Below are positions 8,318 to 17,211 of a stretch of DNA of 64,000 nucleotides, in pieces. The notes under the pieces were generated by a model, which was not told the origin of the DNA, searched no databases, and saw only the letters and a list, made by a program, of their open reading frames with translations. The stretch's first letter is position 1, and the number at the start of each line of letters is the position of its first letter. The stretch is from positions 12,294-76,293 of the forward strand of contig JAERTB010000010.1 of assembly GCA_016845225.1 (NCBI GenBank), read 5' to 3'. The position numbers were made by a program, and so were the translations under genes. Source of the stretch: Candidatus Woesearchaeota archaeon (GTDB lineage Archaea; Nanobdellota; Nanobdellia; SCGC-AAA011-G17; UBA489).

Positions 8318-10456
8318 ATGGCTAAGAAAGTTGATGATATTGTAGATAAGTATGAGAAAAAGTTAGAAGACCAATATGGTGAAGATTATATTGCTAATTT
8401 TGAACCTGAGATTATGAATAAAGAGTATGAATTATTTCGTTCTGAAATACTTGAAAGTAGAGTTACTAACTATGAAAGATGGTGCGAAATTGCTGAAGGT
8501 ATCTTGAAAGTAAGTCCTACGCCTAAGGATGTTCCTAAATTAGAAGAGAGTATTGAAACTGCTCATTTGAATGTTACTCCTTCTTCTGCTGCAAGTCTAG
8601 GGGCATTAGTTGGTTTAGGGTTGATATTTTTTGGTATTTTGGTTTTAGGTTTGAGTTACGCGTTGGGCGCATTTAGTTTTTTCTTTCCATTATTGTTAAT
8701 TCTTGGTGGGGCAGTTGTAATAAAACCAATTAGCAATATGCCTATATTTTTAGCTAATCGTTGGAGATTGGAAGCAAGTAATCAAATGGTTCTTTGTATT
8801 TTGTACATTGTAATGTATATGAGACATACAAGTAATTTAGAACATGCAGTTAAATTTGCTGCACAACATGTTGGCCCACCATTAAGTTTAGATTTGAAAA
8901 AAGTATTTTGGGATATTCAAACTCAAAGATTTTTTAGTATTAAAGAAAGTTTAGACCATTATCTGAAAGGATGGAGGGAGTATAATTTAGAATTTGTTGA
9001 AGCATTTCATTTGATTGAAGGTAGTTTGTATGAATCAGATAATAATCGAAGAGTAATGTTATTAGAAAAATCTTTGGAAGTAATGCTTGAAGGAACTTAT
9101 AATAAAATGTTGCACTACGCGCATAATCTGAAGGGTCCAATTACACTATTGTATATGCTTGGTGTAATCTTACCAGTATTGGGGTTGATTATGTTTCCAT
9201 TAATTGGAAGTTTTATGGGTGGTGCTGTGCAATGGTATCATTTAGCTTTAATGTATAATTTAATATTGCCTGTTGTGTTAATTGCAATGGGAAATAATAT
9301 GCTTGCTAAAAGGCCTACGGGTTATGGTGAGAGCGAAATCTTGAAATCCAATCCTGAGTTTAAAGTTTATGAACAGTGGACTATTAATGATAGGTTAGTT
9401 CCTTTTAGTCCAAAAGCTGTTTCAATATTTGTTGCTGTTTCTATTTGTTTAGTAGGTATCATGCCTTTACTTGTTCCCATTATTAGTCCAGGTTTAGATT
9501 TTGAGTTTTTTGGTATGGGTTCTTTTTTTGACTGGAAGAGTTTTGGGGGACCTTATGGTGTGGGCGCATTGTTGATGAGTTTGCTAATTCCTATTGGTTT
9601 AGCAATCGGTGTTTCAATGTATTATAATATTAAGACTAGAAGGCTGATTAAAATTAAGAAAAAAGTTGATGACCTTGAAGAAGAATTTAGCGGAGCAGTA
9701 TTCCAATTGGGTAACCGTATTGGTGATGGAATTCCTTCTGAGATGGCCTTTGGAGAAGTTGCAGAAACAATGACTGGAACACCTACTGGGAATTTCTTTA
9801 GTACTGTGGATAGAAATATTAGGAAATTAGGATTTGGAATGGACAAAGCAATCTTTGATTCAAAAGTTGGAGCTATTTTGTTGTATCCTAGTAATTTAAT
9901 TCAAAGCACTATGAAGGTTTTAGTAGAGAGTGCAAGAAAAGGTCCTCAAGTAGTTAGTGCAAGTTTGGTGACTATCAGTAAATATGTAGATAGAATTAAA
10001 CAAGTAAATGAAAGATTGAAAGATCTGCTTGCGGATATTTTGAGTAGTATGACTAGTCAAATTAATTTTTTAACACCTTTAATTGCAGGAATTGTTGTAG
10101 GTATTGGAAGTATGGTTACTACGATTATTAATAAGCTATATGTTTCTTTTGAACAATTTGGGAGTGGAGGTGCAGACGCTCCAACGAATTTAGCCGCAAT
10201 TACCAGTATGTTAAATGTTAAGGATGCAATTCCTAGTTATTTTTTTCAAATTGTTGTAGGAATTTATGTTTTACAAATAACTATTATCTTAACTATATTG
10301 AGTACAAGTATTGAGAGGGGCATGGATACGACAACTACTAGAAGTAGGATTGCTGCTAATATCAAAAGAAGTATGACTTTGTATACTATTGTGTGTTTTA
10401 TTGGGATTATATTGTTTAATTTACTTGCAATGAGCGTTACTTTCAATCCAACATAA
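8318..10456 (+). CDS. FlaJ/ArlJ/TadC-like polytopic platform membrane protein of the type IV pilus/archaellum machinery
   Basis: 712 aa; two blocks of TM helices separated by cytoplasmic domains, as in GspF/TadC/FlaJ. Starts 2 nt after the ATPase stop (translational coupling). Confidence 0.8.
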   Translation: MAKKVDDIVDKYEKKLEDQYGEDYIANFEPEIMNKEYELFRSEILESRVTNYERWCEIAEGILKVSPTPKDVPKLEESIETAHLNVTPSSAASLGALVGLGLIFFGILVLGLSYALGAFSFFFPLLLILGGAVVIKPISNMPIFLANRWRLEASNQMVLCILYIVMYMRHTSNLEHAVKFAAQHVGPPLSLDLKKVFWDIQTQRFFSIKESLDHYLKGWREYNLEFVEAFHLIEGSLYESDNNRRVMLLEKSLEVMLEGTYNKMLHYAHNLKGPITLLYMLGVILPVLGLIMFPLIGSFMGGAVQWYHLALMYNLILPVVLIAMGNNMLAKRPTGYGESEILKSNPEFKVYEQWTINDRLVPFSPKAVSIFVAVSICLVGIMPLLVPIISPGLDFEFFGMGSFFDWKSFGGPYGVGALLMSLLIPIGLAIGVSMYYNIKTRRLIKIKKKVDDLEEEFSGAVFQLGNRIGDGIPSEMAFGEVAETMTGTPTGNFFSTVDRNIRKLGFGMDKAIFDSKVGAILLYPSNLIQSTMKVLVESARKGPQVVSASLVTISKYVDRIKQVNERLKDLLADILSSMTSQINFLTPLIAGIVVGIGSMVTTIINKLYVSFEQFGSGGADAPTNLAAITSMLNVKDAIPSYFFQIVVGIYVLQITIILTILSTSIERGMDTTTTRSRIAANIKRSMTLYTIVCFIGIILFNLLAMSVTFNPT

Positions 10457-10497
10457 ATTGAGTAATTATTATAAATGATTAAATTAGGAGTTTAAGT

Positions 10498-12348
10498 ATG
10501 TTAAAAGGGGAAGAAAAATTGAATAACGTATTATATAGAAAGCTATTTGGATTATTGGCATTTTCTTTTGTTTTTAGTTTTATTTTGATGAATACTGTTG
10601 ATGCTTTGGTTTATTTGGGCCAAAGTTATTCTGGTTGGGGAATGTTTGGGTATGGTTTCGATGATATTGTTTCTTTGTATTATATGTATCCTGGTTGGAT
10701 TGATTTCTTTATCTTTTTTGGAATATTCTTATCATTAGGGAAAGCAGTATTTGGTCAGAAATTTGAAGGTGGTGCAGGAAAAGGATTGGCACTTAGTATT
10801 GGTGTTGCATTATCTTTAGGTTTAGTTTTATTTGAAAGTAATACTGGAATTTATTTACTTGCAGAAAGCGCAATGATTGTATTTTTCTTAGCATCTGTTG
10901 GTGTGTTTTATGGGTTATTTGTGTTGTTACATAAAAAAATGGATTTGAATAAAGCAATTTCTTTTTTTGTTTCTTTAATTGCCACCTATTTCATGTGGTT
11001 GTTAATCACTTCTTATACTGGTCTCGGAACTCTTGACTTTATTGATTTTGGATTTAATAATTTGAATATGGGTGGGCCACTTTCATTAATGCTTTGGCTA
11101 ATATTTGCATATGCTATTGTTAAATTACTTATCCTGCTTTTTGGAAGTGCTGGTGACTCTAAAGGTAAGGGCTTTAGTTGGCCTAATTGGTTAAAACCTT
11201 GGAAATGGAGAAAAGGCAAAAAGAAAAAAGGAAAGGATCCAAAAGTCCCTGAAATTATTACTAATCAAACAACTAGTGACGTTCCAGTTGTTACTACTGA
11301 AATAAATTTTGAGGATCTTAAAGAAGATCCTGAAAAAAAGATGGATGAAGGAAGGTTGAAACGTATTGAAGCATTATTGAAGTATATAATTGATAATATT
11401 GGAAAAGATGATGCAAAAATAAAACAATTACTTGCGAGACTTCAAGCATTAATAGCAACAATACAATCTAGTGGCGAGTTAACAAATGAAGCCGCAAACT
11501 TAACAAATGAATTGAATAAAATTGTTAAAGCGTTGAGAGATATTCAAAAAACATTAAATGGGAATCGGACACCTTTTGATGGATTGGAATCTATGAAATC
11601 TTATTTTGAAGGACTTCTTAGAGGATTAAATCAGATTATTGGTAAGCTTAATGGAGTGAAAGAATTAAAGATTCATATTTCAGGAGTTAATTCTTCAGAA
11701 GGTCAAATTTTAGAGTTACTAGAAAAATTAAAAAAAGCAATTAAGGCATTAAAATCTGGAAGTAAACCTTATTATGGAGATATTGGACAGTGGACAATAA
11801 ATCAATATTGGAAGATAATAATAAATCTTAAAGAAAAACCACAACCTATTCCTGTTCCACAACCAATTGTTGAACGTAAAAGGGGAATTAATGATTTGAA
11901 ACAAAAATATGTTGCTTATTCTTATGAGTTGTTTAGAAAAAGGAAAAAAGCAGGGACTCCTGAAGAAGCAGATAAGATTAGAAATAGAATTATGAGGATG
12001 CTTTCTGTTTTTGATAAAATAATTAAAATGGCCGAAAAACAAGGAGTTTCAAAAGAAGTCTTTTTGTCCAATAAATATGGGAATACAAATAGTCAGGCAC
12101 CTGAGGCATATTATGCAAAAATTATTGAACAAATGAAGAGAGATTGTCAACCACTTTATAGGGAATTAGTTATGCAAGTGCATCCAGATAAGTCACCAAA
12201 TAATAAGTTCAAAGAAGTTTATACTCAAATGTTTAAGGCAGTAGTTAAAGCAAACAGTGAAGGCAATCTTGGAGATTTAATGAGGCTAAAAAATAAAATT
12301 GCTAAGTTTATGAGTGAGTATGGAGGTAGACGTGCTCTTGGACCTTGA
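10498..12348 (+). CDS. Membrane protein with N-terminal polytopic domain, long coiled-coil middle region and C-terminal DnaJ-type J domain (HPD motif)
   Basis: N-terminal ~230 aa with >=6 hydrophobic helices. Coiled coil ~280-450. C-terminus YAKIIEQMKRDCQPLYRELVMQVHPDKSPNNKFKEVYTQMFKAV matches the J-domain helix II-HPD-helix III pattern. Confidence 0.65.
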   Translation: MLKGEEKLNNVLYRKLFGLLAFSFVFSFILMNTVDALVYLGQSYSGWGMFGYGFDDIVSLYYMYPGWIDFFIFFGIFLSLGKAVFGQKFEGGAGKGLALSIGVALSLGLVLFESNTGIYLLAESAMIVFFLASVGVFYGLFVLLHKKMDLNKAISFFVSLIATYFMWLLITSYTGLGTLDFIDFGFNNLNMGGPLSLMLWLIFAYAIVKLLILLFGSAGDSKGKGFSWPNWLKPWKWRKGKKKKGKDPKVPEIITNQTTSDVPVVTTEINFEDLKEDPEKKMDEGRLKRIEALLKYIIDNIGKDDAKIKQLLARLQALIATIQSSGELTNEAANLTNELNKIVKALRDIQKTLNGNRTPFDGLESMKSYFEGLLRGLNQIIGKLNGVKELKIHISGVNSSEGQILELLEKLKKAIKALKSGSKPYYGDIGQWTINQYWKIIINLKEKPQPIPVPQPIVERKRGINDLKQKYVAYSYELFRKRKKAGTPEEADKIRNRIMRMLSVFDKIIKMAEKQGVSKEVFLSNKYGNTNSQAPEAYYAKIIEQMKRDCQPLYRELVMQVHPDKSPNNKFKEVYTQMFKAVVKANSEGNLGDLMRLKNKIAKFMSEYGGRRALGP

Positions 12349-12361
12349 AAATAATTTTGTT

Positions 12362-12378
12362 GGAAAGGTTTAAATAAA
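12362..12378 (+). promoter_or_regulatory. Archaeal BRE/TATA promoter (ggaaaGGTTTAAATAaa), leaderless for the 12399 gene
   Basis: Purine-rich BRE then TTTAAATA ~23 nt upstream of the ATG. The same aaGGTTTAAATA word recurs at ~13646, ~42174 and ~53435. Confidence 0.5.
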
Positions 12379-12398
12379 TTAGAGTATGATTTGAGGTT

Positions 12399-12821
12399 AT
12401 GGCAGAATTTATGTTGCTTCCAGCACTTTATATGGGGTTAGTAGTTGGGTTATATGAAGCTATTTTGTTACATAGAGATGTTAGTGTTCCGACTCACAGA
12501 TTTGGACATATGATTCATGCTATGATATTTGCGATGGTTGCAGTTTTTGCAAGTATGAATGTGGATTTTGTTTTAAGTGTAATTCCTGCATTGGGAAATA
12601 TTCCATTAATAAATAATCCCTTAATTTTTAGAATCGCAATAGCATTAGTCGCCATGATTAAAATGCACGCAGTTAGTGCTGCTGCTCCCGGAATGGCTGG
12701 AGGAACTGTAGGTATGAGAGAAAAGTGGAGTCATAGTTTTATTATTGCTGCTACAATAGTTGCTGCACCTTATGTTTGGCCTTTTATTGAACCGGCTGTA
12801 GGGTTTTTACCTGGAATTTAG
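12399..12821 (+). CDS. Integral membrane protein (4 TM), unknown
   Basis: 140-aa hydrophobic ORF; BRE/TATA ggaaaGGTTTAAATA 23 nt upstream (leaderless). Confidence 0.5.
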   Translation: MAEFMLLPALYMGLVVGLYEAILLHRDVSVPTHRFGHMIHAMIFAMVAVFASMNVDFVLSVIPALGNIPLINNPLIFRIAIALVAMIKMHAVSAAAPGMAGGTVGMREKWSHSFIIAATIVAAPYVWPFIEPAVGFLPGI

Positions 12822-12822
12822 A

Positions 12823-13053
12823 ATGTTGGGGATGAATTATTTTGGAGTTGAGGGTATGGTTCTGCCCATTTTATTTTATTTTCTTATTTTTTGGGAAGGT
12901 GTATGGAAAGGAATTGCTATGTGGAAAGCTGGAAGAAATAATCAATTAGCTTGGTTTATTTCTATTTTTATATTAAATACTGCAGGTATTTTGCCTATTG
13001 TTTATTTGTTATTTTTTAGAAAAAATAAAGTTAAGAAATCTAGAAAAAAATAA
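12823..13053 (+). CDS. Small 2-TM membrane protein with basic C-terminus
   Basis: 76 aa; starts 2 nt after the previous gene. Confidence 0.4.
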   Translation: MLGMNYFGVEGMVLPILFYFLIFWEGVWKGIAMWKAGRNNQLAWFISIFILNTAGILPIVYLLFFRKNKVKKSRKK

Positions 13054-13602
13054 TTATTTTTTCTTATCATGAGGGTGATGTTTTCCTGTTGGCTTTTCGT
13101 AATAAGGAATTATTTTTAGAAGTCTTGGAATTCTAGTTAGGGGTCTTAAGAATCTAACTGCAAATCTGGACCTTGAGAACTTGCTTACCTTTTCTGCTTC
13201 TCTTACTAATTTTGTTGTTTCTTTTTCAATTGCAGTTATTTCCTTTGCTTCTAATCCTAAGTGTGCTAGTGATTGAGTTTCTTTAACAGTATCTGATATT
13301 TTTAGGATTAAGTATATTTCTTCAATTGCTCTTATGAATAAGTAAAAGGGAAATACTACAATGATGTCTAACCAATAATTTTTTATGAATGGTTTTATTT
13401 TTCTTACTCTGATAAATTTGAATAATAAATCAATTACAAAAGTTCCAATGATAATATGGTCTAGAATCTCAATTTGGTGTTCATAATGATGTGCAAACTC
13501 TTTGAAGAAGAAAGTTACTATGATAACTCCAAGTAGAAGAAATACCATGTAAGGTATTAATTTATCTATGAACTTCTCTAATTTATGAAACCTCTTTTGC
13601 AT
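13054..13602 (-). CDS. Voltage-sensor-domain-like membrane protein (S1-S4 architecture, no pore domain)
   Basis: Four hydrophobic segments. The last, FAVRFLRPLTRIPRLLKII, has Arg at every third position like a voltage-gated channel S4. An acidic residue sits in helix 2 (FVIDLLFKF). Only 182 aa. Confidence 0.55.
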   Translation of the reverse strand: MQKRFHKLEKFIDKLIPYMVFLLLGVIIVTFFFKEFAHHYEHQIEILDHIIIGTFVIDLLFKFIRVRKIKPFIKNYWLDIIVVFPFYLFIRAIEEIYLILKISDTVKETQSLAHLGLEAKEITAIEKETTKLVREAEKVSKFSRSRFAVRFLRPLTRIPRLLKIIPYYEKPTGKHHPHDKKK

Positions 13603-13679
13603 ATTAGATTGTTTTTATTGTTCTTATATAAAATTAGTGGAAGGGAAGGTTTAAATATTTTGGAGAGGGAATATTGTTT

Positions 13680-13796
13680 ATGAAAGGGGAAATTGATCTT
13701 AAGCAGTTAATGACTATCATATTGATTATGTTGTTTGCTTATATTATGTATACAATTATTCAAAAAAATTTAGGTGGTATCCTTGGTTAGATTTTA
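13680..13796 (+). CDS. Tiny membrane peptide resembling the class III signal/N-terminus of the downstream pilin-like protein
   Basis: MKGEIDLKQLMTIILIMLFAYIMYTII... (38 aa). TATA ggaaGGTTTAAATAtttt ends ~23 nt upstream, consistent with a leaderless transcript. Compare KG-EIDLKQLMTIILIM with KG-DLQHSAMILLIMAG in the next ORF. Confidence 0.3.
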
Positions 13797-14964
13797 TAGA
13801 AAAGGAGATTTGCAACATTCTGCTATGATTTTATTAATTATGGCGGGAATTGGTTTGATTATTTATTCTTTATTTTTCGCTAATTTGAAAGGAGTAGTGG
13901 AATCTACAACTGAAGATGAAGTTTGCAGAACTAGTGCAGCGATAAAAGCTAAAACTAAGTGGCCTGCTGGAGCAGGTTCACCTGTTGATTTGAAATGTAC
14001 AATTAATGATTTTGAATCTGATGCTAAAAGTAAAGAGGAAGTTAAATTAGAAATTGCTAAAGAAATGTATCGTTGTTGGTATAAATATGGTGAAGGTAAA
14101 CTGGATTTCTACAGTAGTCTGGATTTTGGGAAAAGTGAAACTCATTGTTTAATATGTTCTAGAATTGGATTTAGTGATGTTGTTGAAGGTGTTAGTTTTG
14201 GTGAATTTGGTGCTTATTTGAATAGCCCATTACCTGGAAGAGAAGAAACCTTTGCTGAATATTTTACACAAACTCCTAATGCTAAAATTCAATTAGGAAG
14301 TCAAAGTGGAGAAGGAAATGCTCCTCCTGAAGAAATGATGGATTTATCTAGAGGACTTTATGTTGTGTTTAGAGTGAATAAACATAATGAAGATAATCAG
14401 GCGATTGCTTCTATGTTTACAGATGATGAAATGGGCAGTGTTCCTTATGCAGGAGATATTGCTGGTGCTGGAGCTTATCAAGGAGGAATAGCATATATTA
14501 AAGGTGCAGAAGTTGTGAGTGGATTTACTGATGATGCAGGAAAAATATTAATTACTCACGTAGATTCAACTGGAAAATATTTTGTTAGGGATGTTGCTGG
14601 AAGAACGGTTACTGGTTTTGGACCAAAAACTTTTGGAACTGTTTCGGAATTAAATGCTATTGCCCAAGCTCAAAACTTAAAAGTTGTTTCAAAAACTGGT
14701 CTGAGGAGTTTGATTAAAAGAACTGCTATGGCCACTCAAAGAGCAGGACTTGCAATTGCAAGTACAAAGGTAGGAAAAAAGGTAGCCGGAAATATTGCAG
14801 TTAAGACAGGAGGAAAAGTTGCTAGTAGGTTTATTCCCGTTGCAGGTTGGGCATTGTTAGTATATGATGCTGCTAGTGCACTTGCATGGGCTGGCGAATT
14901 GCATCCTTCTGTTGTGTTGTATGGAGTAAGTGATATAAATGGAGTATGTGATAGTTTAAGTTAG
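13774..14964 (+). CDS. Pilin-like/secreted protein with class III-like N-terminus (GTG start in ORF track)
   Basis: MVSLVRFYRKG|DLQHSAMILLIMAGIGLIIYSLFF, then a ~370-aa extracellular domain with Cys pairs. Start codon uncertain (GTG 13774 or internal ATG ~13828). Confidence 0.55.
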   Translation: MVSLVRFYRKGDLQHSAMILLIMAGIGLIIYSLFFANLKGVVESTTEDEVCRTSAAIKAKTKWPAGAGSPVDLKCTINDFESDAKSKEEVKLEIAKEMYRCWYKYGEGKLDFYSSLDFGKSETHCLICSRIGFSDVVEGVSFGEFGAYLNSPLPGREETFAEYFTQTPNAKIQLGSQSGEGNAPPEEMMDLSRGLYVVFRVNKHNEDNQAIASMFTDDEMGSVPYAGDIAGAGAYQGGIAYIKGAEVVSGFTDDAGKILITHVDSTGKYFVRDVAGRTVTGFGPKTFGTVSELNAIAQAQNLKVVSKTGLRSLIKRTAMATQRAGLAIASTKVGKKVAGNIAVKTGGKVASRFIPVAGWALLVYDAASALAWAGELHPSVVLYGVSDINGVCDSLS

Positions 14965-14973
14965 GTGTAAAAT

Positions 14974-15108
14974 ATGGAAGTTGAAGAATTAGGAAAAATA
15001 TTGTTTTTTGTTGGATTGTTGATACTTTTGATTTATTTATTAAGCGGTGCAGGAGATAAAATGTTTGATTTATTTGATAAATTCAAAAATTTGTTGTTTT
15101 TTAGATGA
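14974..15108 (+). CDS. Tiny single-TM protein (44 aa)
   Basis: MEVEELGKILFFVGLLILLIYLLSGAGDKMFDLFDKFKNLLFFR. Stop overlaps the next start (ATGA). C-terminal LSGAGDKMFDLF resembles LSNAGDTFLGMF of the next ORF. Confidence 0.35.
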   Translation: MEVEELGKILFFVGLLILLIYLLSGAGDKMFDLFDKFKNLLFFR

Positions 15109-15248
15109 AATTTGGAAAAAAAGGTGTAGGTTTGGCTGTTGAAAAATTAATTAAAATGGTTATAGTTATAGCTATGTTGTTGGTATTATTTTATTTTTTG
15201 AAGAATCTTTCTAATGCAGGTGATACTTTTTTAGGAATGTTTAATTAA
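15105..15248 (+). CDS. Tiny pilin-like protein (47 aa) with class III signal
   Basis: MKFGKKG|VGLAVEKLIKMVIVIAMLLVLFYFLKNLSNAGDTFLGMFN; translationally coupled to the previous tiny ORF. Confidence 0.4.
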   Translation: MKFGKKGVGLAVEKLIKMVIVIAMLLVLFYFLKNLSNAGDTFLGMFN

Positions 15249-15284
15249 CGGAACGTTTAAAAGAATAAAGGGTGTTGATTTATT

Positions 15285-16730
15285 ATGGTGATTAGTAAAA
15301 AAGGGGTGAGCCTTCCTATTAATTTAATTATACTTGTAGTTATCGGATTGTTTGTTTTTGGAGCTGTTTATTTTGGATTTATCAAACCTTCTCAAGAAGG
15401 AAGTGATATATTTGGAAAACAAATTGATGTGTTTAAAGATAGGAAATTTGCTTTAATGGATTTGGATACACTGACTCATAAAGAGAAACAAGATGCATGT
15501 GATTCTAACCCTCAAGCTATTGTTGATAATACAATAAGTAAGATTGATAGTTATATTCCTGATAATTGTGTTTTGGCTAAAAGTGTTGCTGAAAGATTGA
15601 AAACTGGTAAAGTTGATGGGTGCAATAATAATTTTGAGATAGTTGCTGCTAGTTTGAGTGAAATTGAGGTTTTGATTAAAAAGGCCGATCTTTGTATTGA
15701 AACAATTGACAAGATAAAGGCTGCACAAATAGTAGAGGAAAAAGAAGTTTCTGATAGTATTTCTGATGATGAAGTTTATGGAGAGCTTTATGATGGAATT
15801 TTGAAAAGTTATGAAGATATTGTTAAAGTTTATACTATTGGGTTTGAGAATATTTGTAGTAATGAAATGAATTCGCTGATTAAGCAATCTAAGCAAAATG
15901 TGAAGGAACTATTAAATTTGGACGGCAATCTTTCAGAAAAACAATTTGATAACATAAATAATATTCTGGCACAATCAAGATATTTTGAGTATTATTGTGA
16001 AACTTTAAAGAATAACTGTGATGCAAATACAAAGGTATTTGCTGTTAAAAATGACAAGCAACCTTCTTATAAATATTCTTTTGAGAATCATGGAAATTCT
16101 GAGTTACCTTCTGATTTATTAGGAGAAAAAATAAAAACGGCATATCATGTTACTAAAGCAAATTGTTTGAAAGATGATTCAAAATATGAATTAGCATGGG
16201 ATGAATTTATTTCTGCAGCTAAAATAGATAGTTTTTCTAATCTTGTTACAGAGAATAAATGGAAATATATTTCTCTTTTATTTGAAAAGATTTTCAAATA
16301 TGTTTCTGTAGATGAAATGGAAGAGATTTATGATGATGGCGAGGGAATGAATAAAATTGTTGAGAGTAATTTAGTTGGTTGTCCAGAAGATGGAATTGAA
16401 GCATCTGAAGATATGAAAGAATGTCACAATTTTAATGAAAAAGTGCTGCTTAAGTTTATTGGTCCTAATGGAACTAATGAAGTTGATAGTTTGAGCGATG
16501 CGTTACAAAAAGAAACAATTCCTTCAAGGTATAAATCTAAATTTTTATGTTATTTTGATTCTAATATGGGAGATGAATGTGATTCCTGTGTTGGTATAAA
16601 TTCTTGTGAAGATTATCCTACTCGCGGTTCTGAGTGGATGGAAGTTTGTGCGGCAGATCCATGTAATGTAGGACAAAACGGTTGTTATGCCGTTGATGGT
16701 TTGGTGTTGAATTATTGTGTTGCACGTTAG
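15285..16730 (+). CDS. Large pilin-like protein with class III signal peptide and Cys-rich C-terminal domain
   Basis: MVISKKG|VSLPINLIILVVIGLFVFGAVYF. 481 aa. C-terminal region has >12 Cys (CDSCVGINSCEDY...CAADPCNVGQNGCYAVDG). Confidence 0.7.
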   Translation: MVISKKGVSLPINLIILVVIGLFVFGAVYFGFIKPSQEGSDIFGKQIDVFKDRKFALMDLDTLTHKEKQDACDSNPQAIVDNTISKIDSYIPDNCVLAKSVAERLKTGKVDGCNNNFEIVAASLSEIEVLIKKADLCIETIDKIKAAQIVEEKEVSDSISDDEVYGELYDGILKSYEDIVKVYTIGFENICSNEMNSLIKQSKQNVKELLNLDGNLSEKQFDNINNILAQSRYFEYYCETLKNNCDANTKVFAVKNDKQPSYKYSFENHGNSELPSDLLGEKIKTAYHVTKANCLKDDSKYELAWDEFISAAKIDSFSNLVTENKWKYISLLFEKIFKYVSVDEMEEIYDDGEGMNKIVESNLVGCPEDGIEASEDMKECHNFNEKVLLKFIGPNGTNEVDSLSDALQKETIPSRYKSKFLCYFDSNMGDECDSCVGINSCEDYPTRGSEWMEVCAADPCNVGQNGCYAVDGLVLNYCVAR

Positions 16731-16780
16731 AAACATTTAAATAGTAAATAAATAAAAATTATACAGAAAGAAGTGATATA

Positions 16781-17173
16781 ATGAAAAGATTATTTAGAGA
16801 TAAGAAAGGTGTTGAATTAACTTTAAACACAGTTATTATTGCAATTCTTGTTGTACTCGTTCTTGTTGTACTTATTGGATTTCTTTTAGGTGGAACTGGA
16901 AAAGCTAAATCTCAAATTAATGAATTGTTTGATACTAGTACAAGTGCATCTACGCTGAGTGTTGCTATTGAGCAATGTAAAATCTATTGTGATCAAATTG
17001 AAGAAACTGGAATGGATGAAACTGAAATTGCTAAGAATAAAGCTAATTTACCTTTTTGTAATAAAGGATTCAAGATTGATGTTAATGGTGATGGTGAAAT
17101 CTTAGATGATGAGAACTCAGTTAAGTGTAGTGATGCTCCATTATTTGTAAGCTGTCCTGCTGTAACTTGTTAA
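16781..17173 (+). CDS. Type IV pilin-like protein (class III signal), Cys-rich
   Basis: MKRLFRDKKG|VELTLNTVIIAILVVLVLVVLIGF; Glu at +2, 6 Cys in the mature part. Confidence 0.7.
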   Translation: MKRLFRDKKGVELTLNTVIIAILVVLVLVVLIGFLLGGTGKAKSQINELFDTSTSASTLSVAIEQCKIYCDQIEETGMDETEIAKNKANLPFCNKGFKIDVNGDGEILDDENSVKCSDAPLFVSCPAVTC

Positions 17174-17211
17174 GTTTTACTCAATAAATTTATAAGTGTT
17201 TAAACGTTCTT

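Noticed and set aside
15453-15896. 147-aa minus-strand ORF
   Set aside because: Antisense to the 481-aa pilin-like gene; Asn/Ile/Phe-rich composition typical of AT-rich antisense frames.
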